Notes: generated by a model not told the origin, from the sequence alone. DNA of 63,567 nucleotides, filler included, from Octopus bimaculoides (GCF_001194135.2; 7 parts of 7 records of this genome joined end to end with filler, not necessarily neighbours in it); one strand, 5' to 3'. Positions 36,208 to 49,723 are shown, counted from the first letter of the whole stretch. Program-made: numbers and translations.

Positions 36208-37450
36208 TATCAGGTCATCCTATAAGTTCTGTCCGATTTTACCTTTTTTAAAATTGAATGAAATTAATAGTATTTTAAAATGTCTAATGGAATTAAATAT
36301 TATTTTTATACGTCTGTGTACATTTAAATAAATTAAATATTATTTTATAGAATAATAGAATTAGAATTTCTTTGATTAAAAACCTTTCTAACGTGGAAGT
36401 ATCCAAACAGCATTTAAAGCACATAATGCTTTATGAGTACAAAAAAGGAAACTCTGCAGCCGAAGCGACTCGAAACATACTCTCAGTTTATGGCAAAGAA
36501 TGCTTGAATGAAAGAACTTGCAGAAGATAGCTTGCAAAATTCAGAAGTGGAGATTTCAGCCTAGAAGATGAAGATCGAACAAGACGTCCAGTTGAGTTTG
36601 ATGATAAGTTCCTTGAAGCATTACTTGAAGAAAATCCGGCATTATCAGTTGAAGAATTAGCAATGAAGCTTAGTTCAAACCATACAACTCTTCATTGTCA
36701 TCTTCAACAACTTGGAAAGTTTCCTAAACTAGGAAAATGGCTGCTTCGTGAATTGTCCGAAAGCAACCGCAAATCCCGAGTTGACATCTGCTCTTCTCTC
36801 CATTCTCGCGAACTTATTTCACCTTTTTCTTTTGGATAGACTTGTTACTGGTGACATAAGATGGATCTTCTATCGAAATGTTAAACGTCGTAGACAGTGG
36901 CTTGGTAAAATGGAAAAAGCTCAACCACAACCGAAAAGGGAACTTCATTGGAAAATTTTTCTTCTCTCTATCTAGTGGGATTGCAAAGGAGCAATTCATA
37001 TTCAATTGTTACCACCTAATGCAACAATTAATGCTCAAGTCTACTGTCAGCAATTAGAACGTTTGAACCAAGCTTTTAAGAAAACAAAACCCGCTTTAGT
37101 GAATCGAAAAGGAGTGGTTTTATCAGGAGAATGCGCGACCCCACACTGCAAAATCACATCACAGTCGATCGAAGAGCTTGGTTGGCAAAAAATTCCTCGT
37201 CTCACGACATACTCCTTCAGACTACCATTTGTTTCGTAGTTTACAGAATCATTTGGTGGACAAAACTTCCGCAACCAAGGGGAGGTCGAAGAGTTTTACA
37301 TTGATGGGATTAAAATATGGTAAATAGATGGAAGGAAGTCATATATAATCAGGGAAAGTTCATTGATGATTAAATTTCAATTAAATATAACATTTAATCA
37401 ATTGTTTTCTTTATTCAAACTTTTGACAGAACTTATGGGATGACCTGATA
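36208..37450 (+). mobile_element. Full-length mariner transposon (second lineage) with pseudogenised transposase
   Basis: 26-bp TIRs tatcaggtcatcctataagttctgtc / gacagaacttatgggatgacctgata (1 mismatch), in TA. Motifs seen: EYKKGNSAAEATRNI, LGKWLLRELS, RLVTGDIRWIFY and YCQQLERL. Confidence 0.93.
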
Positions 37451-37887
37451 TATATAGAAAAGCTATGGTGCAAATACGCGCATGGAAATTCATACGCATA
37501 CATAAACTAAAACAAAGGCACACACTCATTTACGCAGAAACTATATCNNNNNNNNNNNNNNNNNNNNNNNNNNNNNNNNNNNNNNNNNNNNNNNNNNNNN
37601 NNNNNNNNNNNNNNNNNNNNNNNNNNNNNNNNNNNNNNNNNNNNNNNNNNNNNNNNNNNNNNNNNNNNNNNNNNNNNNNNNNNNNNNNNNNNNNNNNNNN
37701 NNNNNNNNNNNNNNNNNNNNNNNNNNNNNNNNNNNNNNNNNNNNNNNNNNNNNNNNNNNNNNNNNNNNNNNNNNNNNNNNNNNNNNNNNNNNNNNNNNNN
37801 NNNNNNNNNNNNNNNNNNNNNNNNNNNNNNNNNNNNNNNNNNNNNNNNNNNNNNNNNNNNNNNNNNNNNNNNNNNNNNNNNNNNNNN

Positions 37888-37949
<62 letters not shown>

Positions 37950-37959
37950 TGTGTGTGTA

Positions 37960-38192
37960 CAGGGTGGCCCAAAGTAGGTTTACAGTTATCTTGTGGGCAC
38001 TTTCAATCTTTTAAAGACACTTTATTACGTTTAAATTTCTATCTTACAAACTGAAAATGAGCTCGACAAAATTATCTAAATTCGCATAGAATGATGGTTT
38101 TATAATATTTTCATAATTACGATCTGAACTGTTATTATATGAATGAATGCGAAAGTGATAGTTGAATAACTGTAAACCTACTTGTTGACACC
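37960..38192. mobile_element. Tc1/mariner-type MITE
   Basis: Left end TA-cagggtggcccaaagtaggtttacagtt; right end aactgtaaacctactt.. is degenerate. Confidence 0.7.
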
Positions 38193-38225
38193 ATTTTTTA
38201 TGTATGTATATATTCTATATATATG

Positions 38226-38273
<48 letters not shown>

Positions 38274-38525
38274 TATGCATGTATGAATATACATATGTAT
38301 GTATACATAATATTTATAGAGAACAAAGATGAAAGGCCGAACAACGTATCATCAAGTGTTATGCTCAACAACAAAACACATCGTCCTGACCAGGAATCGA
38401 AGACATTATCTTTGGATCATGAGTGCAACATGGAAGCGCTAAGCCACTTATAGCCACACCAGCGCGCGCATGCTCAAACACGCGTACACACAAACATTGC
38501 TTGTAATGTATATAATATAAATATG

Positions 38526-38559
<34 letters not shown>

Positions 38560-38611
38560 GATGTGTGTGTGTGAGTGTGCATGTGTGTGAGTGTTTGCGA
38601 GTGTGTGTGTT

Positions 38612-38790
38612 TGTTTCCCATCAGGGTTTGACAACAAGTGTTCGTGTGTTTTCATCTCTGTAACATGTCGCTTCACCAACAGACAGCGATGGAATGAGTC
38701 CTGGTGTCGATTTCTCCAACTAAAACCCTTCAAGACGGTGCTCCGACATGGCCGCAGTGAAATGACTGAAACAAGTAAAAGAATAAGAGA
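38612..38790 (+). mobile_element. SINE family A, 3' half, degenerate
   Basis: tttgacaacaagtg..ggtgctccgacatggccgcagtgaaatgactgaaacaagtaaaagaataaga. Confidence 0.7.
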
Positions 38791-39482
38791 ATAGAATACA
38801 TATATGTATATTATCACATATACATACGTTCTTATATATCTTATGCATGCATACATACATACATACATAATTTGACAACTGAAATTGTTAAGCATTTGGC
38901 TTCAGTCCAGCTCTTGCAGTATATATGGAATTACTGTTAGTGAAACTGCAATGTTTAGGTTTGGCAAGAAAAAAAGCATCGAGCCTAAATGGCTGTCATC
39001 TCAAGAATGCCACATTCCGACAGCTTTCTCCTCTTTAACGAAACTAGAGCGTATTTGCAAAGCAGGCGGTATTTTTCCATTATAAATTAATGATTCCGCC
39101 TGGCTGTCAATAAAATATGTTGGTGAAGATGTTCAAATTCTTTCTTATGTGATTAGGCACGCGTCATTGAATATTTGGTTTCACACTGTAAAGAGGACAC
39201 CAGATCAGTAGGTACATAAACTATCTATACTAAATGAGAGCCAACGACGAAACTTCTATAACGAACCTTAACCTGTTGGGAACCGCAAATGACCCTACTA
39301 ATGTGTGGGCTATAGAGCAGTGTATAATAGATAATATGGCTGTAAATATCAAAGAGAAGCTGATTAGAGGTGTATATCATCACGATAAAGTAGCACAAAA
39401 ATATATAGAAGTAAGGCGCCGAGCTGGCAGAAACGTTAGCGCGCCTAGTGAAATGCTTAACTGTATTTCATCTGTCTTTCTA

Positions 39483-39913
39483 TAGGCGCAGGAGTGGCTG
39501 TGTGGTAAGTAACTTGCTAACCAACCACATGGTTCCAGGTTCAGTCCCACTGCCTGGCACCTTGGGCAAGTGTCTTCTGCTATAACCTCGGGCCAACTAA
39601 AGACTTGTGAGTGGATTTGAGGAACTTTTGAACTCGGAATCTTGGGTTTAGTAGCCCGTGCTCGCCCGTGGGCAATTATGGAGTGAATTGCAGAGCTTAT
39701 AAATCTAATATTTTCTTATCCTTCCTTAATACCGGTTCCCATATGCTGCTCGTATCTACACTTGGTCTGCTTAGGAGGTTGTTGTGTCCTAACATATGTG
39801 CTGCTTCTTTTAGCTTTCGTATTTTCAAGTGGTGTTCTCTGTCTATTATTTTAACTTCGTCCCATAGTGGGTGGGATTAATGTAAATAATGAAAATAATG
39901 AAAGAATCCCGTC

Positions 39914-39952
<39 letters not shown>

Positions 39953-39962
39953 NNNNNNNNNN

Positions 39963-40029
<67 letters not shown>

Positions 40030-40245
40030 TTGTTTGTGTGTCTGTGTTTGCCCCCAACATCGCTTGACAACCGATGGTGGTGTGTTTACGTCCCCGTAAC
40101 ATAGCGGTTCGGCTAAAGGAACTGATAGAATAAGTACTAGGCTTACAAAATATAAGTCCTGGGGGTGATTTGCTCGACTAAATGCAGTGCTCCAGCATGG
40201 CCGCAGTCAAATAACTGAAACAAATAAAAGAATAAAAGAATAAAG
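39483..40245 (+). mobile_element. SINE family A interrupted by a Penelope-like fragment; preceded by a family B head (39415-39480)
   Basis: Head 39483-39620; body resumes at aaagaatcccgtcg (~39901); tail aataaaagaataaaag. Confidence 0.85.
39622..39900 (-). mobile_element. Penelope-like element fragment: GIY-YIG endonuclease C-terminus plus 3' flank
   Basis: 39870-39697 translates without stops as PLWDEVKIIDREHHLKIRKLKEAAHMLGHNNLLSRPSVDTSSIWEPVLRKDKKILDL*, resembling the PLE GIY-YIG tail pattern. Confidence 0.75.
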
Positions 40246-42916
40246 TAAATTAGTAACGAATAAAGAAGTGTTTTGTACTTCATATGAATGACGGTGCCTC
40301 TCCTTCGTCAGTGACCTGAAAATCATACAATGCCCATTTGCCCTTCTCCTTTTCTATTTTTAATAACGAAAAGCTGTATGTTCAAGAAACGCATTCGAGA
40401 TCTCTCAGTATGCTGGAAATAGCCGTAATGTCTCCAAAGAAGGCGTCAGACATCAACAATCGAGAATAACGTCACAAATTCTAATACGCATACACTCACA
40501 CACGCACACACACACTCACACACATACACACATATCTGTTGTTACTGTGGCTGGAGGTCAGCGATGTTCTGGAGTGGAGAAGTCCATTATATCGGACCTA
40601 GATATCAACTGTTACGTAAATTAGCGTCGGCGAAATGTTGAAAAGCAGAGTAGACCCCGGCGGATTTTGACCTCAGATTCAAAGACAGATGAATATGCCA
40701 AAGACTTTTCCAACCAAAGAATACATATACGGTCTTCCAATTTAAGCAGATTATTTTATTCTTTTATTCTTTTATTTGTTTCAATCAATTAAATGCGGCC
40801 ATGCTGGAGCACCGCTTTTAGTCGAACAAATCGATGGAAATTGTTGGTGAAAATGTTTGTTTAAATGACAGTGAAATTATCTAACTTAGCTAATCGGATT
40901 AATGGAGTTTGTCCCTGTAGTTCGTAACTTCATAAGGCTGAATTGAGAAACAAAGTTTTCGAACTATGGTCATTGTTGCGATTTCGGGATGAAGGCGTGA
41001 GTCCTGGGAGTCAGGGCGTTGAACTCACGATTGCAAGAACATGCTTTCCATTTCGTCATTTACTCCGTCTTTTATTTTTGCGTTCAAATTTCGCCGAGGT
41101 CGACTTCGCTTTTCATCCAACCGGGGGCGATAAAATAGGTACCAGTTGAATACTGGGACCTATGAAATCGATGTATACCCTTCTACGAATTTGAATCCAA
41201 TACCCTCAGGTTTAATTGAATTCGAAATTGCACCCTGAGCAATATATTCATTTCTTTATTGACCTCAGAGTGCTACACTTGGAGGGGACAAACAAGGACA
41301 GATGACACCGACTCCAGTACGTGACTGGTACTTAATTTAAATATATATATTTATATATATATATATATATATNNNNNNNNNNNNNNNNNNNNNNNNNNNN
41401 NNNNNNNNNNNNNNNNNNNNNNNNNNNNNNNNNNNNNNNNNNNNNNNNNNNNNNNNNNNNNNNNNNNNNNNNNNNNNNNNNNNNNNNNNNNNNNNNNNNN
41501 NNNNNNNNNNNNNNNNNNNNNNNNNNNNNNNNNNNNNNNNNNNNNNNNNNNNNNNNNNNNNNNNNNNNNNNNNNNNNNNNNNNNNNNNNNNNNNNNNNNN
41601 NNNNNNNNNNNNNNNNNNNNNNNNNNNNNNNNNNNNNNNNNNNNNNNNNNNNNNNNNNNNNNNNNNNNNNNNNNNNNNNNNNNNNNNNNNNNNNNNNNNN
41701 NNNNNNNNNNNNNNNNNNNNNNNNNNNNNNNNNNNNNNNNNNNNNNNNNNNNNNNNNNNNNNNNNNNNNNNNNNNNNNNNNNNNNNNNNNNNNNNNNNNN
41801 NNNNNNNNNNNNNNNNNNNNNNNNNNNNNNNNNNNNNNNTATATATATATATATATTCATGTGTACACACGCATATATAAATATATTTGAATCTACATAC
41901 GCATCTGTATATATGAATACGATGTGGATATGTAGATGTGCTGGCATTGAATCACTATTTTATATGTGAGTATATTTGCATTTGTGTATGCGTATATTTC
42001 TAAAACCTATTTGCTCCTCATCATACGCATAATTTTTTTTTCTTCTAAGTAGATTGCTATGTACTTGTACGTGCTTGTGTTTGTAAGCATGTTGATATAT
42101 TTTAATTGAAAATATATCTTCGAATCAAGGTCCATTCGCTAAAATTTAGATTAATATTGCAACGAAAATTTATATTTCACCAAAAATTTCATAAATATTA
42201 TCGGAATGCTCAAGTAGGCATATATTTTCAGCATCTGTATATGTGAAGGGGAATATATAAATATGCGTGTATGTGTGAACAAATATTTAGGTATTTGCTA
42301 GTGCATTAAAAACAAAGGTAAGATGGTATTTGAACAAACAGCAGGGTTCTCGTTGGCCCTGTATTTAAAAGCTTATCAACAGGGCTGACGTTAAAGCTCT
42401 CATTAACACTGGCTTCAAACAAACAATTAAACATCGCTCAACCATGAAACCTGATAGACTGCAAACAATGTTTGTGTTACACTTCCTTTGATCTTAACCG
42501 CCTCCTGGCGCCTCGTTCCGCTCCACGACATGAAGGACGCCACGGTGTAGTAAGTACTACTAAACTTATACATTAATGCCAATATAGCGTTTCTTCAATT
42601 TTCAGTTGTAAATGCTTTCATATTTATTTATTTGACGGTACACATGTATTTCCATTTCCCGTCATGCAACACATCCAGGGGTTTATTTATATAATGTTAC
42701 CTTTGGTACGAATGAGGTTGAAAATGCAACGATATGGAAGTGACGCATCGCATTAGAAGTTGTATACATTAGAATGTAAATAATACGTGTACATACATTC
42801 ATACATATTCATATACACGTACGTATATGCATACACAGAGACATATATTCATATACGTATGTGTGTGTGTGTGTGTGTATGTATGTGTGTTTGTGGGTGT
42901 GCCTGTGTGTGTATGC

Positions 42917-42962
<46 letters not shown>

Positions 42963-43329
42963 NNNNNNNNNNNNNNNNNNNNNNNNNNNNNNNNNNNNNN
43001 NNNNNNNNNNNNNNNNNNNNNNNNNNNNNNNNNNNNNNNNNNNNNNNNNNNNNNNNNNNNNNNNNNNNNNNNNNNNNNNNNNNNNNNNNNNNNNNNNNNN
43101 NNNNNNNNNNNNNNNNNNNNNNNNNNNNNNNNNNNNNNNNNNNNNNNNNNNNNNNNNNNNNNNNNNNNNNNNNNNNNNNNNNNNNNNNNNNNNNNNNNNN
43201 NNNNNNNNNNNNNNNNNNNNNNNNNNNNNNNNNNNNNNNNNNNNNNNNNNNNNNNNNNNNNNNNNNNNNNNNNNNNNNNNNNNNNNNNNNNNNNNNNNNN
43301 NNNNNNNNNNNNNNNNNNNNNNNNNNNNN

Positions 43330-43393
<64 letters not shown>

Positions 43394-43469
43394 TGTATAT
43401 GTAAAGATAAGTATCTATATATATGAATATGTGTATATACATACACAGACACAAGCACATGTATGTGTG

Positions 43470-43660
43470 TGTGTGCGTGTATGTCCACCATCACTTGATA
43501 ATGGGTGTTTACGTCCATATAACTTAGCGTTTCGACAAAAGAAACTGGAAGAATAACTACCAGGTTTTAAAAACATCTTTTAGTCGTTTCATTCTACTAA
43601 AAGTTCATCAAGGCGATGCCCCAGCACGGCTACAGTCTAGTGACTGAAACGAATAAAGAA
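43470..43660 (+). mobile_element. SINE family A, 3' half, degenerate
   Basis: ccaccatcacttgataatgggtgtttacgtcc..ccagcacggctacagtctagtgactgaaac. Confidence 0.65.
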
Positions 43661-44479
43661 TTGGAGATACAAATGCACACACGCTCTCATCTTTCAGACT
43701 TGTTTCTATTTCTGGCGCTTAAAACAATGATAATGGCCAAGCCTTTACTTTAAATTCATTTTAACTATTTTAGATTTTGGAATGTTTTGCTCTCCGTTCA
43801 AGTGAATAGATATGTGTTTTGCTGATGAGATATTTATATGATGAAGAGAACTTAGCTTACTGATATTTAATAACCCACTACAATGTAAAGGTGTATTGTA
43901 ATGAAAAAAGCAGCGCAACTTTTCTAATATCTTAACGTCTTACTGCCCCGAAAGTTGTTCCTTGTAACAATTGCTTGCTCTTTAGAGAATTTAATGCTAG
44001 AAAAAGATGTTCTGATTCCTGGTTTCATGTAATTGATAGATGAAGAGCAGGCAAAGTGAATTGTAGTCGGTTACATCTGCTATCTTTACGTAATGGCTTC
44101 ATCATATGTTTCAGAATCAGGGTGTTCCGGCAATCAAACAGCCATAAAAAAGACATGGATGTGTCGTCGGTCGGAGTTTGGCATTTATTTGACGACATTA
44201 TGAAAAGAAACTGGCTATAAATGATGTTCTTTCCACTCATTTATTCTCATTTATCATTTGCGAGTCGGATTACGTTTCGTTTAGCAACAAAGTAATATCA
44301 GAATTTCGGGTAAAGAAGGGCATGAGAATAACAAAACTTAGAGAATTATAAACGTGAAGTCACTCGAGATTGGGTTAAATGTATGTTCTCGAATAAATTA
44401 GAAGGAACACAATTGTATATGTAATGGGTGTAGTGTGTATATAAAGGGATATGTTGCAAAACCGTTGAGGTTCTTAAGT

Positions 44480-45361
44480 ATTGGATCAGCGAGACCACGT
44501 GCATGATCTCTTGTGCCTGAGTTGTAATTTTAAGGCCAAAGTTGTTGCAGGTAGTAGACAATCAGTTCATGATCTGTTGCATTTGAGCGTCTGTTGTGGC
44601 GTTTCATCTGCGAACAGGAAGTCGTGATCTGTGTCCTCTTTGACCTTGGTCTTGGCCTGTAGTCTATGTAGTTTAAAGAGTTTGTGTCTGTCCTGAATCT
44701 AATCTTGACGCTGGTTCCGTCGATTTTACGAAAGGCATCCGAAAGGTTGCGAGCACACGGCCATGCTTGACTCATTTAGTGACTGCGAATGCAACGGGAA
44801 AATCTCCACAGTCCGAGCGAACCTGCTCACATGCCCCATGTAGACATCAATATTTCTCTGCCAGAGCCTCCATCAGGTCCAGACGTCAAAAATGAAATTA
44901 CCCGGACAGCCGAACTTTCCCATGACCTTCCAAACCCTTTCATGTCCGACGGTGTCAAAAGCCTTGGTTAAGTCTACAAACATTGTGTATAGATCCCTGT
45001 TCTGCTGCGAACAGTTCTCCTGAAGTATGGTGACAGTAGCAACCCAAAACGCTTCTACGATGTCCTGAAAGCCATTTATGATAAATAATCTTCCGGAACA
45101 TCAACACTGATTAGTACTGACAGGGCCACCCGCCTCACTGACTAAAACACAATTCTGGAAAGATCGGCACAGCAATCCAACAAAGTCCTGAACAATACTT
45201 TCTTTGTCAAAGCTGAGGTCATTGCTCACATGCCCCATGTAGACATCAATATTTCTCTGCCAGAGCCTCCATCAGGTCCAGACGTCAAAAATGAAATTAA
45301 AATTTCTCTCAAATAGCAAGGGACCTGGCTCTGACCCACCCCGACTGAAATATAGAAAGCA
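44480..45361. mobile_element. RTE LINE with inverted arrangement (RT on -, upstream linker on +)
   Basis: The - strand from 45028 down gives LQENCSQQNRDLYTMFVDLTKAFDTVGH..KFGCP and later FLFADE..NNFGLKI. The + strand from ~45030 gives NPKRFYDVLKAIY..TRLTD..SLPEPPSGPDVKNEI..KGPGSD. Confidence 0.8.
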
Positions 45362-46599
45362 NNNNNNNNNNNNNNNNNNNNNNNNNNNNNNNNNNNNNNN
45401 NNNNNNNNNNNNNNNNNNNNNNNNNNNNNNNNNNNNNNNNNNNNNNNNNNNNNNNNNNNNNNNNNNNNNNNNNNNNNNNNNNNNNNNNNNNNNNNNNNNN
45501 NNNNNNNNNNNNNNNNNNNNNNNNNNNNNNNNNNNNNNNNNNNNNNNNNNNNNNNNNNNNNNNNNNNNNNNNNNNNNNNNNNNNNNNNNNNNNNNNNNNN
45601 NNNNNNNNNNNNNNNNNNNNNNNNNNNNNNNNNNNNNNNNNNNNNNNNNNNNNNNNNNNNNNNNNNNNNNNNNNNNNNNNNNNNNNNNNNNNNNNNNNNN
45701 NNNNNNNNNNNNNNNNNNNNNNNNNNNNNNNNNNNNNNNNNNNNNNNNNNNNNNNNNNNNNNNNNNNNNNNNNNNNNNNNNNNNNNNNNNNNNNNNNNNN
45801 NNNNNNNNNNNNNNNNNNNNNNNNNNNNNNNNNNNNNNNNNNNNNNNNNNNNNNNNNNNNNNNNNNNNNNNNNNNNNNNNNNNNNNNNNNNNNNNNNNNN
45901 NNNNNNNNNNNNNNNNNNNNNNNNNNNNNNNNNNNNNNNNNNNNNNNNNNNNNNNNNNNNNNNNNNNNNNNNNNNNNNNNNNNNNNNNNNNNNNNNNNNN
46001 NNNNNNNNNNNNNNNNNNNNNNNNNNNNNNNNNNNNNNNNNNNNNNNNNNNNNNNNNNNNNNNNNNNNATATAAACACACACACACATACATACATACAT
46101 AAATACGTACATACATATATACATACACACACACATATATACACACCCACCCACCAATACGCACAGCGTGATACGAAGGAGAGCAGGGAGGAACTACAAA
46201 GTCACTGACACTCCTCTTCTACTGAATTTATTCTTTATTCTCAACAAAATGTGCTGAATAATTTTTCAATATTTGAATAGTTTTTATTAGAACGACAGAA
46301 GCCGGCAAACTGGTAGAATCTTTGGCACAGCGGGCAAAATTATTGGCGGCGCTTCTTCTGGGTTTACTTTCTAAATTGTTTGAGATTCCAACGAGATCGT
46401 CTGTGCCACTCATAGTTTCGGCGGTCGATGAAATAAATACCAATTAAACACTGAGTTCAATGGAAACGAACTGCATCCGCCTCGAAGACTTCAGGCATTG
46501 TCACTATATTAGAATGCATTGCAACTTCACACGCACACACGCACACCCGCACACACGCACACACGCAACACACACACACTAACACACACGCACACACAG

Positions 46600-46757
46600 T
46601 ATTCTTTTATTCTTTTATTCTTTTATTTGCTTCAATCATTTGACAGCGGCCATGCTGGAGCACCGCCTCTAGTTGAGCAAATCGACCGCAGGACTTATAC
46701 TTCGTAAGCCTAGCACTTATTCGATAGTTCTCTTTTGCCGAACCGCTAGATTTGACC
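46600..46757 (-). mobile_element. SINE family A, 3' end
   Basis: ttttattcttttatttgcttcaatcatttgacagcggccatgctggagcaccgcc...ttttgccgaaccgcta. Confidence 0.8.
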
Positions 46758-47119
46758 NNNNNNNNNNNNNNNNNNNNNNNNNNNNNNNNNNNNNNNNNNN
46801 NTTAATTAATTAANNNNNNNNNNNNNNNNNNNNNNNNNNNNNNNNNNNNNNNNNNNNCCACCACTACCACTACAATCACCATCAAGACCACCACATCATC
46901 ACCACCTAGACTACCATACCACCACCAGTACCGCCCCGATCCCCCATCAATATGAATTGTGTATGTTTTGGGTTTTTCCATGTAACATGTGATTTGTATT
47001 GATAAGTGCTCTATTAGTAGGTTAACAACAGGATCTGATGCTAATCTCACCTCATTCTCTGTTGTACACTTGACCAAGCAACATCGCAGCAACATAGCAT
47101 CATATCTGTAAAAGAAACT

Positions 47120-47558
47120 ATGAAGGAAGCAGCTGTACTGTTACATATTGTCACATTGATGGCATGTCTGTATGTCAACGCTAGCACTTGCATCGTCAAC
47201 AACAACGACACCAACAGCAAAAGCAGCAACAATAACAACATTGACGACGATGTCGACAACAACACCAAAAAAGGGACGTCAGAATCTTCAGTTGTTTCAT
47301 CCAAGATCTGTAACCTGAATTCGTCGCTTTGTGNNNNNNNNNNNNNNNNNNNNAAAACATGTGACAACGGTTTATGTGACTTTGAGAAGGACGGATATAT
47401 GTCATGTTACTGCAAACGACATTGGACAGGAGAATACTGCACTGAGCGTTGCCTGAGGAACTGCACAACTGGTAAATGTATTTTGCAAGGAGACAAAGAA
47501 TATTGCGAATGCCCAGACAATTTTACGCCTACATTAAACTGCACAAAACGACACACCG
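47120..47558 (+). CDS. First coding exon of a secreted or type-I membrane protein with two EGF-like modules (partial gene)
   Basis: Signal-like MKEAAVLLHIVTLMACLYVNAS and an Asn/Asp/Ser linker. The modules read C..KTCDNGLCDFEKDGYMSCYCKRHWTGEYC and CLRNCTTGKCILQGDKEYCECPDNFTPTLNC. It ends at ACCG|GTGAGT (phase 1). The frame across the 20-N gap (47334-47353) is nominal. Confidence 0.85.
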
Positions 47559-47689
47559 GTGAGTCATTCTTTTCATATTTACAGCGATTGTGCGTAAGAT
47601 TATGAATGTGTATATACACATACATACATACATACATACATACATACATACATACAAACGTACATACTTACATACATACGTAGTTTTGC

Positions 47690-48680
47690 ATACTGATAAT
47701 ATAATAAGTCTTGGAAGGCAACTCCTTGAGCAACACTCTTTGTCTGATAACCTAGAATATATGCTCAAAGAAGTTGCACGACTCTACCGCAACGTATCAT
47801 CAGATGAAAAGATGAGCCTACATGAGCAGAAGATACTGCATGGATATGTTAGTAGAAAGCACCGTAATGATAGTAACATCGATCATCAAAGCAATTTATC
47901 ATGGACAAATAGCCGGATTACTACCTCCCTCTTTGAAGGGCATCCGTTTGTAATCCAGGAACAGGAAATAACAGCCAAGTACCTGATGCACAAAAGGGAT
48001 AGAGATGTAGAAAAAGCCGTAAAATGTGACAACCGATGCAGACTTTATGGAGTTCACACTGAAGATATCACCCACGTCATAAGCAGTTGTCCTAAAATGT
48101 CATGATGGTATTATCTACCGATGAGACATGACGTTGTAGCTAGGACACTCTGTAATGAAATCCGTCGGAAGGATAATCCCGAGGACAAAGAAAGAAGAAC
48201 CCATAGTATAGTAGAAACCATAGCCACTCATAATGAAAAGGAATACAAGTGGAATATACCAGTTAAGACCTCAATAAAATGTAAGCACAACAGACCTGAT
48301 AAAATGATTTGGGACAGAGAAGAGAAACTGCACAGTTGTGGAAATTAGGTGCCCAGAGGTTGTTAACATAAAGCTGAAGATCAGTGAAAAAGAGAACACC
48401 TATGCTGAACTATTGAGAAATCTGCAGTTGCTCTATTCAGATTACAAGTCCAGGTTTATACCTGTAATTATTGGTAACACACTGCCTAAATACTAATATT
48501 GAGACATTACGCTTCTCAAAAGCAGAAAAGAGAAAGCTAATTCGAAGACTACAGATCCAATTCATCACTGGAACTGTAAAAATCTGTAAAACTTTCCAAA
48601 ATATTATCATTTAAATATATGAGCATGTCTAGATATGCAACTATATGCATGAGAATACATACATAAAACAACAAATCTGC
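47690..48680 (+). mobile_element. 5'-truncated R4/Dong-like LINE (zinc knuckle, RLE endonuclease, 3' UTR) inside (CATA)n
   Basis: KILHGY, IQEQEI, CRLY..EDITHVISSC, RHDVVA, WNIPVKT..HNRPD, RFIPVIIG. (CATA)n lies at 47607-47680 and 48681-48770. Confidence 0.85.
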
Positions 48681-48832
48681 TCATACATATATACATACAT
48701 ACATACATACATGCATGCATACATGCATGCATACATACAAACATAAATACATACATACATATATACAAAAATACCATGTTGTTGATATTAAAATTCCAAT
48801 GAAGGAACCTTGGATATATATATATATATCTA

Positions 48833-49372
48833 TAGGCGCAGGAGTGGTTGTGTGGTAAGTAGCTTGCTTACCAACCACATGTTNNNNNNNNNNNNNNNNN
48901 NNNNNNNNNNNNNNNNNNNNNNNNNNNNNNNNNNNNNNNNNNNNNNNNNNNNNNNNNNNNNNNNNNNNNNNNNNNNNNNNNNNNNNNNNNNNNNNNNNNN
49001 NNNNNNNNNNNNNNNNNNNNNNNNNNNNNNNNNNNNNNNNNNNNNNNNNNNNNNNNNNNNNNNNNNNNNNNNNNNNNNNNNNNNNNNNNNNNNNNNNNNN
49101 NNNNNNNNNNNNNNNNNNNNNNNNNNNNNNNNNNNNNNNNNNNNNNNNNNNNNNNNNNNNNNNNNNNNNNNNNNNNNNNNNNNNNNNNNNNNNNNNNNNN
49201 NNNNNNNNNNNNNNNNNNNNNNNNNNNNNNNNNNNNNNNNNNNNNNNNNNNNNNNNNNNNNNNNNNNNNNNNNNNNNNNNNNNNNNNNNNNNNNNNNNNN
49301 NNNNNNNNNNNNNNNNNNNNNNNNNNNNNNNNNNNNNNNTCAAAGGACTGAAACAAGTAAAAGAAAAAAATA
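48833..49372 (+). mobile_element. SINE family A spanning a gap
   Basis: Head taggcgcaggagtggttgtgtggtaagtagc; tail gactgaaacaagtaaaaga. Confidence 0.8.
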
Positions 49373-49474
49373 TATATATATGGATCAGAACAGTTTGATT
49401 GAAATTCGGGACTCATGAGCGAGCCAGTGGAAATTCGAATAAAGATATGTGTGTGTGTGTGTGTGTGTGGTGTG

Positions 49475-49507
<33 letters not shown>

Positions 49508-49723
49508 CGTGTGCGTGTGCGTGTGCGTGTATTTGTATGTATGTGTGCGTACGTGTGTGCATGCATGTGTGAGTGTGTGTTTGAAGACCCCCTAGCTGTT
49601 AGGTCATGTGGTATGTCAACTTTGGAGAAATTCCTGAGAATATCTCCCCTTCTCATATGGATCTGGTCTCAGTTGCTATTTTATAATTGTGACACATCCT
49701 CCAGAGACTGAGACGTATATCTA

